Source of the DNA: an uncultured Gemmatimonadales bacterium
GTDB lineage: Bacteria; Gemmatimonadota; Gemmatimonadetes; Gemmatimonadales; GWC2-71-9
Assembly (NCBI GenBank): GCA_963695555.1
Contig: CAVOGR010000005.1
Coordinates: 352,001-416,000 of the forward strand
Length of the DNA stretch: 64,000 nt
Direction: 5' to 3'
Positions 54,310 through 64,000 of the stretch are shown here, in pieces; position 1 is the first letter of the stretch, and the number at the start of each line of letters is the position of its first letter. The notes under the pieces were generated by a model that worked only from the letters and a program-made list of their open reading frames with translations, was not told the origin of the DNA and ran no database searches. The translations under genes were made by a program, and so were the position numbers.

Positions 54310-55024
54310 CCAGCAGCGCCGTGGCCGGTCGGCCGTACCGTTCGACCACGAGTTCCCGCTCGGCCCGGTACTCGAGATGGATGTGGAGCAGGGCGTCGAC
54401 CGCCGCGGCCTCCGATGCGATCTCCCCACACTGCTCGGGTGTGAGGTCGTACACTGAATGTGGGGCGAACCCCACCGTCACCCGCCCGGCGGGGTCGTGA
54501 CGAGCCCGGTGGAAGGCGACGATCTCGGCCAGCCGACCCTCGACCCGGCCGTCGGGGCTGAGCGCGGCGATGACACCCGGCGTGACGACGGCCCGACCGC
54601 CGGTGTGTTCCACGGCATCGGCAACCTGGTCCTCGAACAGGTACATCTCGCAGCTGGTGGTGACGCCGGACTCGAGCATTTCGATCGACCCGCCGACCAT
54701 GCCCCACCACGCATCCTCCGGCGTCATCCTGCCCTCCCGGGGCCAGACGCCATCCTGGAGCCAGGTCGCCAGGGGCAGCCCTGTTGCCCACCGAACGAAC
54801 CAAGGTCATCGGCGTGTGGGCGTGAGCGTTGACCAAACCCGGCATGAGGAGCCCGCCAATCCGCTCGACAACGGGAGGAGGCGATCCGAGATCGGCGATC
54901 GGCCCGACCGCAACGATCCGGCCGTCGGATGCGCGATGTCGATGGCGGCCGACGGCGCCAGTCGGGGCTCGCCGTCCATCGTCAGGACGTAGTCGCCCTC
55001 CAGGCGATGAACCGACGCGGTCAT
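54305..55024 (-). pseudogene. 5' half of an amidohydrolase (MTA/SAH deaminase-like), frameshifted and truncated at the junction
   Basis: LMPGLVNAHAHTPM, EMLESGVTTSCEMY, FAPHSVY, HIHL.E; C-terminal half absent. Confidence 0.8.
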
Positions 55025-55806
55025 CGGCTCCGCTCCCGCTCGTACACCTCGAGTGTGCGGGCGACGAGGCTGTACACCACGGGTGCCCTCCGATCGAGGG
55101 CCATGATGTCGGCGGCCGACAACGGCGCGGGGCTGATGCCGGCCGCGTGGTTCGACACCAGACCGATCGAGGCGTAGGGCAGGCCGCCTCGACCGCCAGG
55201 GCCACCTCGGGGTAGCCGGTCATGCCGACGAGATGCACCGCCCAGAGATGCCATCATGCGGATCTCGGCCGTGGTCTCGAATCGGGGTCCGTCGGGGAGC
55301 AGTAGACGGCTTCCGGTCGACGAGGTCGACGCCCGCTCGCCGGCGGCCGTCGGACCATGGCCCGCCGGAGGCCGGGTCGTACGGGTCGCGTCATGTCGGT
55401 GTGCACACCGGCGTCCGGAACGGATCGGCGGCCCGGTGGCCGCGACGACCCGTCGAAGAAGGTGACCTCCGGCCCGACGAGAAGTCGATCACGTCGTCGG
55501 ACAGCAACGACCATCGAACCAGGACCCCACGCCGGGGTTCATCGATCCGTGATCACCGCCGCGGCCAGGATCGCGGTCGCCCCGACCGTGGTGGGAGGGC
55601 GGCGACATTGGCTCGATAGTTGATGCCGTTCGGCGGGACGAATGGTCGCGCCGTGTCGGGCGAATGAAGCAGACCGTTGATCCCACCGAGGCGACCCGTG
55701 GTCACCTGACCGGCCGACCGAAGGGGGCGTCGCGATCTCATCGACCTGTCGGTCAAGGAGGCCGGGGACGTCGTAGAGGCCGCTCCCGGTGAGTCAGCCC
55801 GAACAT
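55021..55806 (-). CDS. MTAP/purine nucleoside phosphorylase (heavily frameshifted)
   Basis: GSGLYD near the start, VGMTGYPEV, YASIGLVSNHAAG in shifting frames. Confidence 0.72.
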
Positions 55807-55814
55807 GAGTCGAC

Positions 55815-57451
55815 TCAGGTCCGTCTGCCGGTGGCGGTCACCGGCCGGGTGCCTCGGCCGGTGGGCGCGCCACCGGCCATCAGCAGGCCGACCTGCTCGC
55901 GGGTGTCGTCTCCGGGTCACGATGGCGACGATCCGACCCTCGTAGATCACCGCAATCCGGTCGGAGAGGTGAGAAGATCTCGTCGAGTTGCCGAGACGAG
56001 CAGCACCGCGTCATCCTCATTGCGGGCGGCGATGAGCTGACTGTGGATGAACTCGATGCTGCCGACATCGATACCGTGGGTCGGCTGGGAGGCGACGACC
56101 AGCTTGTTGTCGTCGCTCAGTTCGCGGGCCACGATCACCTTCTGCTTGTTGCCGCCCGACAGCGATTTGACCGGCGTGTGGATGTCGGGCGTTCGGATGT
56201 CGAACCGCTCGACGAGCAGCTCGGCCTTCTTGTCGACCTCCTCGAAGTCCCGCACACCGTGGTTGGCGAACGGAGGCTCGTAGTAGTGGGTGAGCACGAG
56301 ATTGTCTGCGATGGAGTAGATACCGACGAGACCGTCACGCTCACGATCCTCCGGTATGTAGGCCGTTCCCATCTCGTGTACCTTCCGGGGTCTGTTCGAC
56401 AACTTCCTGCCGATCGATCGAGACCGTGCCACTGACGATCGATCGGAGACCGGTGATGGCCTCAACCAGTTCACGCTGGCCGTTGCCCTCGACTCCGGCA
56501 ATACCGAGGATCTCCCCGGCGCGGACCTCGAAGGATGCTCCCTTGACTTTCAGCTGACGGCGATCGTCGCGCACCTGTACGTCGTCGACCGACAACACGA
56601 CCTCGCCGGCTTCTCGCGGTGGTTTCTCGACGCTGAGCACGACCGAGCGACCGACCATCATCTCGGCCAGCGATTCGGTGGTGGCATCGGCCGTCAATGT
56701 CCGACCAACCGACTTGCCCCGACGGAGCACGGTCACCCGGTCGGTCACGGCCAGGATCTCCCGCAGCTTGTGGGTGATGAAGATGATGCCGACGCCGTCG
56801 GCCGCCAGGTCACGCATGATGGCCAGGAGCTCATCGGTCTCCTGGGGCGTCAGCAGGGCGGTCGGCTCGTCGAGGATCAGCAGCTCGGCTCCTCGATAGA
56901 GGGCCTTCAGGATCTCGACACGCTGTTGGATGCCGACCGGCAGATCACCGACGACATCGGTCGGATCGACGTCGAGTCCGTACTGCCGGGACAGTTCCCG
57001 AACCCGGGCCTCGGCCGCCCGCCGGTTCATGAAGCCACCGGCGCGTGGTCGTTTCCGCTCCCAGCACGATATTCTCGGCCACCGTCAACGGGGGAACGAG
57101 TTGAAAGTGCTGGTGAACCATACCGATGCCCTTGTCGATGGCATCGCCTGGATCCGACGGTTTCAACTCCTCACCCCGGAACAGGATGGTTCCCTCGTCG
57201 GCCTCGTGAATGCCGAAGAGCATCTTGACCAGCGTCGACTTGCCGGCACCGTTCTCACCGAGCAGACCCAGAATCTCGCCCTCGTACAACAGGAGGTCGA
57301 CCTTGTCGTTGGCCACCACCCCCGGAAACCGCTTGGTCAACCCTCGCATCTCCAGCAGCGGCACCTCACCAGGTCGCTCGAACTCGGACTGGTCGGCCGA
57401 GGTTGCCGCCCCCACCCCGGTGCCCTCCACCGGATCACCACGATCGGACAT
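55815..57451 (-). CDS. Nucleoside/sugar ABC transporter ATPase, two NBDs (frameshifted)
   Basis: GENGAGKST, MVHQHFQLV, ILDEPTA, LSGGNKQKV, SQPTHGID. Confidence 0.88.
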
Positions 57452-57454
57452 GGC

Positions 57455-58480
57455 CTACTCCTTTTCGTAGTGCTTGCCGACGGCGGCCGGCGGACGGACC
57501 GAGATACCGGCGACCGCCAGCACCGCGATGGTCAGGACAAACGGGATCATGCCGAAGAACTGGGGTGGGATGTCGAACACCTGCTTGAACTGGAGCTGGG
57601 CCTGCAGGGCGTTGAAGAACCCGAACAGCAGGGCGGCGGCCAACACGCCGGTGGGTCGGTAGCGACCGATGAGCATCACGGCCAGGGCGATGAAGCCCTT
57701 GCCGTTCGACATGCCCCGGTTGAAGACCCCGGCGGATTGGATCAGCGCCATACCGCCCAGCCCGGCCAGCATCCCGGCCAGCGTGAGGTTCAGGTAGCGC
57801 AGGCGGAAGATGTGAACCCCGACGGTGTCGGCGGCGCTGGGATGCTCCCCCACCGCCCTGGTGCGCAGCCCCCAGCGAGTCTCGAACAGGGCGACGTGAA
57901 CCACCGCCACGGCCACCAGAGCGGCGTAGGTCAGCGGGCCATGGTCGAACAGCATCGGGCCGACGAGCGGCAGGTCGGACAGGAAACCGAGCGAGACGGT
58001 GGGAATCGTGGCCATCGTGCGATTGGGAACGTAGAAGAAGCTGGTGGCACCGATGGCGAAGATGTTGATCACGGTGCCGGCGATTATCTGGTCCATCCGC
58101 AACCGGATCGAGGTCCAGGCAAGGAACGTGCCGGCCAGTCCGGCAACGGCCAGCGCGGCCACCACGGCGAGGATGATGCTCCCCGAATACGAGCCGACCA
58201 TGAATCCGCAGAAGGCCGAAAGCAGCAACTGGCCCTCGATGCCGATGTTGATGATGCCCGAGCGCTCCCCCACCAGACCGCACAGAGCGGCCAGGATGAG
58301 CGGTGCTGCCTCCCGGACCGTCCGGGCCATCACCGCAGTGGTCTGGGTACCATCCCACTGATAGGCGAGGATGAGCGCCACCACCACGACCCCGAAGCCG
58401 GCAAGCGCCTTGGCGTTGCGAGCCACGTAACTGTTCAGGTTGCTCACCGACCGGGTCAGAGGAGGAGCCGACGCCGTCAT
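57455..58480 (-). CDS. Nucleoside ABC transporter permease
   Basis: ERSGIINIGIEG, RAVGEHP.AADTVG, GKGFIALA. Confidence 0.92.
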   Translation of the reverse strand: MTASAPPLTRSVSNLNSYVARNAKALAGFGVVVVALILAYQWDGTQTTAVMARTVREAAPLILAALCGLVGERSGIINIGIEGQLLLSAFCGFMVGSYSGSIILAVVAALAVAGLAGTFLAWTSIRLRMDQIIAGTVINIFAIGATSFFYVPNRTMATIPTVSLGFLSDLPLVGPMLFDHGPLTYAALVAVAVVHVALFETRWGLRTRAVGEHPSAADTVGVHIFRLRYLNLTLAGMLAGLGGMALIQSAGVFNRGMSNGKGFIALAVMLIGRYRPTGVLAAALLFGFFNALQAQLQFKQVFDIPPQFFGMIPFVLTIAVLAVAGISVRPPAAVGKHYEKE

Positions 58481-59554
58481 GTCGTCCCCCAACCGGTGGC
58501 CAGATCCACTCCAGTGTCGACGTCCTCAGCTTCGGACAGCTGCAGGATCCACCGCACCACCGACGGGGCGGCCACGAAGAACAGGATCATTGCCTGGATC
58601 ACATTGATGACCTCCGGTTCCACATTGGTTCGAGCCTGCATGAGCGTCGATCCGGCATCCATGGCTCCGATGAGCAGGGCGGCCGGGACGACGGCCAGGG
58701 CGTTGGTTCGAGCCAGCAGGGCGATGGTGATGCCATCGAACCCGAGACCGGTCTGGAAGCCGGGCTCGAAGCGGCCGTTGACACCCAGCGTCTGAATGGC
58801 ACCGCCCAGGCCGGCCAGGAAGGCGCTGATTCCCATCGTGATCACGATGATCCTGGTGACGCTGATGCCGGCGTAGGCGGCGGCCTTGGGGTTGCTCCCG
58901 ACCGTCTTGACCTCGAAGCCGAGCGTGGACCGATTGACCAGCCACCAGATGGAGACGGCGGCCAGGACGGCGACGAGGAAGCCGGTTGGGAGGCCGGCGA
59001 TTCGGGGTAGATCGGCGCTGTCCTGAACCAGGGGGGTCCGGGCGATGGCACCTCCCTCGGGATCCTTCCACGGTCCGTCGCGGCTCACCATCCATTCGGT
59101 GAAGTTGGCGGCCACGAAGTTCAACATGATCGTGCTGATCACCTCGTGCACGCCCCTGGTGGCTTTCAGCAGACCGGCCAGCCCGCCGAGCATGGCGGCC
59201 GCCAAGCCACCGACGATGAGTGCAGCCGGGATGTGAATCACGGCGGGCAGATCGAAGTTGAACCCGACCCAGGCCGAGAAGGCCGCCCCCAGCAGCAACT
59301 GGCCCTGACCGCCGATGTTGAACAACCCGGCCTTGAAGGCAAAGGCCACGGCCAGGCCTCCGAGTACCAGCGGCGTGGCCTTCTTCGAGGGTTCGGCCGA
59401 TGGCATCGGAGCCGCCGAGCGACCCTTCCAGCATGGCCCGGTAGGCCACCAGCGGATTGTCGCCCGAGACGACGATCAGCACGGCGCCCACGATCAAGCC
59501 GAAAGCAACGGCCAACAGCGGCATCACCACCATCCGCCAATTAGGCACTGTCAC
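58477..59554 (-). CDS. Nucleoside ABC transporter permease (frameshift near 59395)
   Basis: GLFNIGGQGQ, HEVISTIMLN, GFDGITIALL. Confidence 0.9.
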
Positions 59555-59580
59555 GCGTGTCTCCCCACACCGAAAACGAA

Positions 59581-59611
59581 ATTGGTGCCCAAGCCTAGCT
59601 TGGGCACCAAT
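59581..59611. terminator. Intercistronic hairpin after the binding-protein gene
   Basis: ATTGGTGCCCAAGC-CTA-GCTTGGGCACCAAT; a second hairpin at 59634-59654. Confidence 0.6.
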
Positions 59612-59660
59612 CCGATGGAAGTATCCACGGTGAACCGGTCGGAGGCCGACCGGTCCGAAC

Positions 59661-60797
59661 CTAGGGGGTGTATCCGGTGGGCACGTCGCCGGCGAGCACC
59701 AGCGGGGTCAGCTCGTCGATGGCGTCCTTGACCTCTTGGGGAATCTCACCGTCGAAGTCGTGGTAGGAGGCCAGGCCGACATCGCCGATGAAGTTGCCGC
59801 TCGGAGCCTGTCCGTCGACATAGAGACCCACGATCTCCTGCACACCGGGCGTGATCAGCTTCATGGCGCTGGTCACGAGACAGGGGTGAGCCTCGGGCAC
59901 GGTCTCCCATTGATCGGAGTCGACACCGATGCAATATGCGGCACCGCCGTCCTTGGCCACTTCCTGCAGGGCCCCGTTGCCGGTCTGGCCGCCGGCCCCG
60001 AACACCACGTCAGCCCCGTTGTTGATGGCCTGACGGGCGGTGTCGGCACCCCAAGCGGGGTCGGTGAAGGCCACGTCGAGGCCGCCGGGATGGTAGGTGG
60101 AGATGACCTCGGCGTCAGGGTTGCTGTAGGCGACGCCGCCCTCGAAACCTTCCTTGAAGGCCACCACCGGGGGAACGAGGTCGGTGCCGAGCACCTGGGC
60201 CACCGTGTTGGTCTCGGTCATCAAACCGGCAAGTGCGCCGGCCAGGAAGCCGGCCTGGTCCTCGGGGAAGATGAGACCGGCCACGTTGGCCATGGCCTCA
60301 CCCTGGAACTGGTCGACACCGACAAAGTAGGTGTCGGGGTTTTCGGTGGCCGCGATGCCGGTCGCCTCGCCGAGGGCGAAGCCGACGGTGACGATGACGT
60401 CGTAGTCCTGGTCGAGGAAGCTACCGATGTTGGTGGCGTAGTCGGTGGAGTCCTGGGTCTCGATGTAGTCGACTTGGGCTCCGAGCTCACCTTCCAACGC
60501 CTGGACGCCCTCCCAGGCCGACTGGTTGAAGCTCTTGTCGTCGATCTTGCCGACGTCGGTGACCAGACCGACGCAGAGGACCGCTTCGTCGGCACAGGCG
60601 CCGTCGCCGGCCGTGGTGTCCTCGGTGGTGTCGTCGGTCATCGCCTCGGTGGTGTCCGTGGTTTCGTCCGTCGCCTCCGTGGTGTCCGTGGTTTCGTCTG
60701 TGGTGTCGGTTGCTTCATCGGTGCTGTCTGAACCACAGGCAGCGACGAGAAGCCCCAGAGCTGCAAGCACGGCCAGCAGCTTCATCCAGGTTTTCAT
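59661..60797 (-). CDS. BMP family ABC substrate-binding lipoprotein
   Basis: Lipobox VAAC, D/T/E-rich linker, DDKSFNQSAWEG, IGVDSDQ, TSAMK. Confidence 0.93.
   Translation of the reverse strand: MKTWMKLLAVLAALGLLVAACGSDSTDEATDTTDETTDTTEATDETTDTTEAMTDDTTEDTTAGDGACADEAVLCVGLVTDVGKIDDKSFNQSAWEGVQALEGELGAQVDYIETQDSTDYATNIGSFLDQDYDVIVTVGFALGEATGIAATENPDTYFVGVDQFQGEAMANVAGLIFPEDQAGFLAGALAGLMTETNTVAQVLGTDLVPPVVAFKEGFEGGVAYSNPDAEVISTYHPGGLDVAFTDPAWGADTARQAINNGADVVFGAGGQTGNGALQEVAKDGGAAYCIGVDSDQWETVPEAHPCLVTSAMKLITPGVQEIVGLYVDGQAPSGNFIGDVGLASYHDFDGEIPQEVKDAIDELTPLVLAGDVPTGYTP
60641..60698. repeat. 30-bp tandem repeat encoding the acidic Thr-rich linker
   Basis: TCGCCTC(G/C)GTGGTGTCCGTGGTTTCGTC twice. 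Confidence 0.8.
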
Positions 60798-61090
60798 AGC
60801 TGAACTCTCCTCTTCAAAGGTCTTGATGTGATGAATGTAGCGCCATTCCCGAGAAGTGACGGCGCGGCGTTTTGAACCCGTCATGTGACCTCTTGCGCCC
60901 GTTTCATCAAGCCCGGGCGCTCCAAATCAGGCCGGTCGCACCCCCTCGGCGTACCTGACAAGCAAGATGACCGCCCACAAAAAGGACGCTGGACCTCGGC
61001 TCCGAGCTACGACCCGATTTCAAGGGGGCGCTGGTGGTGTTGATGGACGACGAGGCCCGAACCCGGATCCCGGTCTCCCCGCCGTCAGGC

Positions 61091-61360
61091 TCAGGAGTTG
61101 CGACGCCGGTGGGGCATGTGATCCCGGTACACGTCGCTGTAGGCGACGTAGCGCTCGTTCAGCTCGTCGACGTTGCCCGCCAGGTCCCAGAGGTTCGACT
61201 CGACGATCTCGTCGAACCGGACCCGTAGCGTCCACAGCGCCGGGTCGGTGATGTGACGATAGCGGAGCCGGATCAGCAGGCGAAGCACCAATCCGATCGG
61301 ATTGGTTGGAGGGAGATCCTGGCGCGGTTGACGATCCTGCACAAGAGGGGCATCGGTCAC
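61091..61360 (-). CDS. Small hypothetical protein
   Basis: Open frame from GTG 61360 with plausible composition; no motif recognised. Confidence 0.45.
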   Translation of the reverse strand: MTDAPLVQDRQPRQDLPPTNPIGLVLRLLIRLRYRHITDPALWTLRVRFDEIVESNLWDLAGNVDELNERYVAYSDVYRDHMPHRRRNS

Positions 61361-61373
61361 GTCGCCGTCCGAG

Positions 61374-62714
61374 TTGAGCGATGAGTACAATCCGCTGATC
61401 TCAACCCGTCCTTCACGCCGCAGTCTGCGGCCTGACCCCGGCACGCCGTCGCCATCGACCACGTCGGCGACGGGTGACGCTTCCGGCTCGGCGCCGGAGC
61501 GCCGTGTCGGTGAGACCGAGTTCGTGCTCCTGATGGCCCTGATCAGCGCCCTCACGGCGCTGGCCATCGACATGTTGTTGCCCGGATTCTCCGGCATGCG
61601 GGAGGCGTTCGGCCTGTCGCCCGACGCCACCGATCTCGCCGCCACGATCACGGTCTTCTTCGTCGGCAACGGGATCGGCAACCTGATCTACGGACCGATG
61701 GCCGATGCCTGGGGACGCAAACCGGTGCTGGTCGCATCGCTCGCTCTCTACGGCGCCGCCGCCTTGGCTGCGACGCTCGCCCCGACGTTGACGGTGCTGC
61801 TGGCGGCCCGTTTTGTTTGGGGAGTCGGGGCCGGTGGGCCCCGGGTGCTGACCCAGGCAATTGTTCGTGACCGGTTTTCGGGCGATGCGATGGCCAGGGT
61901 CATGTCGATGATCCAGGCCGCGTTCTTCATCGGCCCGATCGCGGCTCCGCTGCTCGGGGCGGGCCTGGTCGCCGTCGGCTCGTGGCGGTGGGTGATGGCC
62001 TTCGGCGTCGTGAGTGCGCTGACGACCGCCGTCTGGTCCCTTCGGCTGCAGGAGACACTTGCACCGGAACGTCGTCGCCCGCTGACCCCACGGGGAATCA
62101 CCCGCGGGGTGCGGGCCGTTGTCGGCCATCGGACGACGCTGCTGTTCTCGTTGTCGCTCATGTTCCTCTCGGGTGCCTTCTTCTCCTTTCTGTCGAGCAG
62201 TGAGCTGATCTTCGACGACGTGTTCGGCCGCGGCAACTGGTTCGTCACCTACTTCTCTCTGATGGCCGTGTTGCTTGGATGTATGAGCCTCGGCATAAAC
62301 CGGTTGCTCCGCCGTGTGTCGGCCGGTCGGATCACCGTGGTGGCGGGAGCGGGGATGATCGTGTTCTCCGCGGCTCGGGTGGTTCTGGCCGAGCTCACCG
62401 ACGGCATTCCGCCGTTCTGGGTGTGGGTGGTGCTGTTCACCCTGTCGAACTTCTGTGTCGTGGCCATGTTTCCCAGCCTGAACAGCCTGGCTCTGGAACC
62501 CATGGGGGATCTCGCGGGTACCGCGGCATCGGTGATCGGCTTCCTCACCTCGGTGGGAGGTGCCGTGCTGGCCACCGTCACCGACCGCCGTCTCGGAGGG
62601 ACGGTCACCCCGTTGGCGCTCGGCTATCTGCTGTACTCGACGATTGCCTACGGCTGTCAGTTGATGGCGCTGCGCCGCCCGCCGTCAGCCGTCAGCGGAG
62701 TCATCCCGGGTTGA
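61374..62714 (+). CDS. Bcr/CflA family MFS efflux transporter (start uncertain)
   Basis: ALAIDMLLP, YGPMADAWGRKPV, AIVRD.F, LQETL, AGTAAS. Confidence 0.9.
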   Translation: MSDEYNPLISTRPSRRSLRPDPGTPSPSTTSATGDASGSAPERRVGETEFVLLMALISALTALAIDMLLPGFSGMREAFGLSPDATDLAATITVFFVGNGIGNLIYGPMADAWGRKPVLVASLALYGAAALAATLAPTLTVLLAARFVWGVGAGGPRVLTQAIVRDRFSGDAMARVMSMIQAAFFIGPIAAPLLGAGLVAVGSWRWVMAFGVVSALTTAVWSLRLQETLAPERRRPLTPRGITRGVRAVVGHRTTLLFSLSLMFLSGAFFSFLSSSELIFDDVFGRGNWFVTYFSLMAVLLGCMSLGINRLLRRVSAGRITVVAGAGMIVFSAARVVLAELTDGIPPFWVWVVLFTLSNFCVVAMFPSLNSLALEPMGDLAGTAASVIGFLTSVGGAVLATVTDRRLGGTVTPLALGYLLYSTIAYGCQLMALRRPPSAVSGVIPG

Positions 62715-63570
62715 ACGCTGTGCCCAGGAGGCACTGGGTGGCCACCGCCACCAGGCCAACCTCGTCGTAGACACGGGTGACGGCCAAGCCGGTGCCGTTC
62801 GGCCCGGGATGGGTGACGGCGTCGAGCAACAGCCAGTCTCCGACGACCGGGGCCACGAACGCCACATCGAGATCGGCGTTGATCAGACCGAACCCTTCGC
62901 TCGGGTCGAAGACGGCGGAGATGCCGGAGCCGACGTCGACCGAGGCCATGATCTGCTGAACGCCGGTCGTCTCGACGTCGTCCACAACGGGGTACCGCAG
63001 GCGAACCCAGTCCGTCGCCGGACCGGCGGCATCGAACGAACCGACGACAAAGCGGTGCTCCAGGCCGTCACGGTGAAACACGGGTTCGTCGGGGCCGGCC
63101 GCCCAGTGTGGAGCCGTCCCGCTTTCCGTTTGGCGCCATTCGGGATGGTTCGGACGCTCCAGCCGCCAAGCCGGCTCGGGCATGTCACCGGTTGCCAGAA
63201 CAAGCGCCGTGGCCCGGGCAACCGGACGAGACCCGTGTCGGAGTTCTGCTTCGACGTGGGCCACACGACGGCTGACCGGTCGGCGCTCAACTGTCGACTC
63301 CAGAGGTTCGAGCGGAATACCGGTAAGGAGATCGACCCGGATTCGGGCCGTCGTTTCCCCGTCGTCGACGGCCTGCTCACAGAGGTGGGCGAGAAGGGCC
63401 GACGGTGGACCGCCGTGCTGGGCGTCGGGCCGCCACGGCCCGGTTGTGATCGGCATCGGATCGAACAACGAATCCGACAGCCGACGATAGAGGCTCTTGG
63501 CCCCGGGAAACTGTCCGCCCGATCCAGCGTTCGCCCCGGACCTGGCCGATCGATCGTCGAAGCTCGTCAT
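62701..63570 (-). CDS. Acyl-CoA thioesterase-like double hotdog protein
   Basis: GPW...QHGGPP.ALL, DVGSGIS, INADL. Confidence 0.85.
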   Translation of the reverse strand: MTSFDDRSARSGANAGSGGQFPGAKSLYRRLSDSLFDPMPITTGPWRPDAQHGGPPSALLAHLCEQAVDDGETTARIRVDLLTGIPLEPLESTVERRPVSRRVAHVEAELRHGSRPVARATALVLATGDMPEPAWRLERPNHPEWRQTESGTAPHWAAGPDEPVFHRDGLEHRFVVGSFDAAGPATDWVRLRYPVVDDVETTGVQQIMASVDVGSGISAVFDPSEGFGLINADLDVAFVAPVVGDWLLLDAVTHPGPNGTGLAVTRVYDEVGLVAVATQCLLGTAFNPG

Positions 63571-63728
63571 GCCGGTCAGTCTGCCCGCATCGGTGCGGGT
63601 TCTCCATCGGCCTTGCGCCCCAGCAGCCGGCGCTCTTAAGCGATTTCCGTCCCGACCGATACTACGGGAGTGCTTCGATCCCCGTCATGCGCCTCTTGCG
63701 ACCACCGTCGGACGATGAGGAACCACCG

Positions 63729-64000
63729 ATGACCATGACAACGGCAACCGAATCCATCCGGGTCAACGGCGACGGCGCGATCGTGATGGTCGACGACAGT
63801 TTCGACGACTTCTACATCGCCGATCTGATGTACGCCCGGTGCAATCTCGACAACGAGTTCGTGCGCTGCGAATCAGGCGATGCCCTCATGCAGTACCTCG
63901 ACCAGCTGACCGCAAGCGGCGATTCGCGGCCTGCACTCATCCTCATGGATCTCAACATGCCCGGTCTGGACGGCATCGAGACGACCGCGCTCCTCCGGTC
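63729..64000 (+). CDS. Response regulator receiver protein (runs off the window)
   Basis: IVMVDDSFDD...PALILMDLNMPGLDGIE; GAGGA RBS. Confidence 0.85.
   Translation, partial: MTMTTATESIRVNGDGAIVMVDDSFDDFYIADLMYARCNLDNEFVRCESGDALMQYLDQLTASGDSRPALILMDLNMPGLDGIETTALLR

Overview
GC-rich bacterial DNA that appears to come from two sources. From 1 to about 54.3 kb it looks like Gemmatimonadota (inferred from the expanded 'LADRYRIERELGxGGMATVYLAEDLKH' kinase family, a TonB-dependent receptor and the core gene set). An accessory region (1-43 kb) carries the tail of a possible lasso-type locus, arsR-arsM, a methyltransferase/PAP2/Lgt triple-fusion membrane protein, lipoproteins, and an N-formylglutamate amidohydrolase / DUF1704 peptidase / ATP-grasp operon. 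It also holds a coupled operon of three GAF-PAS histidine kinases, a receiver protein and a HisKA-like/REC/Ser-Thr kinase fusion, a dba-dsbI-like pair, and five Hanks-type kinases whose spacers contain GCTATYN heptamer tracts. It ends in a roughly 2.1 kb integrase-less element inserted in tRNA-Arg(CCT), with related end sequences near 35 kb. Core genes follow (apt, acyP, dedA, pcm, surE, merR-like, gpsA, plsY, der, DUF512, TonB-dependent receptor). At about 54,305 two truncated genes are fused, and the rest resembles Acidimicrobiia/Actinomycetota (nucleoside ABC transporter and salvage genes, MFS, thioesterase, receiver), probably an assembly chimera. Many clustered frameshifts suggest an error-prone long-read consensus. 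All calls are from motif reading by eye; no searches were run.
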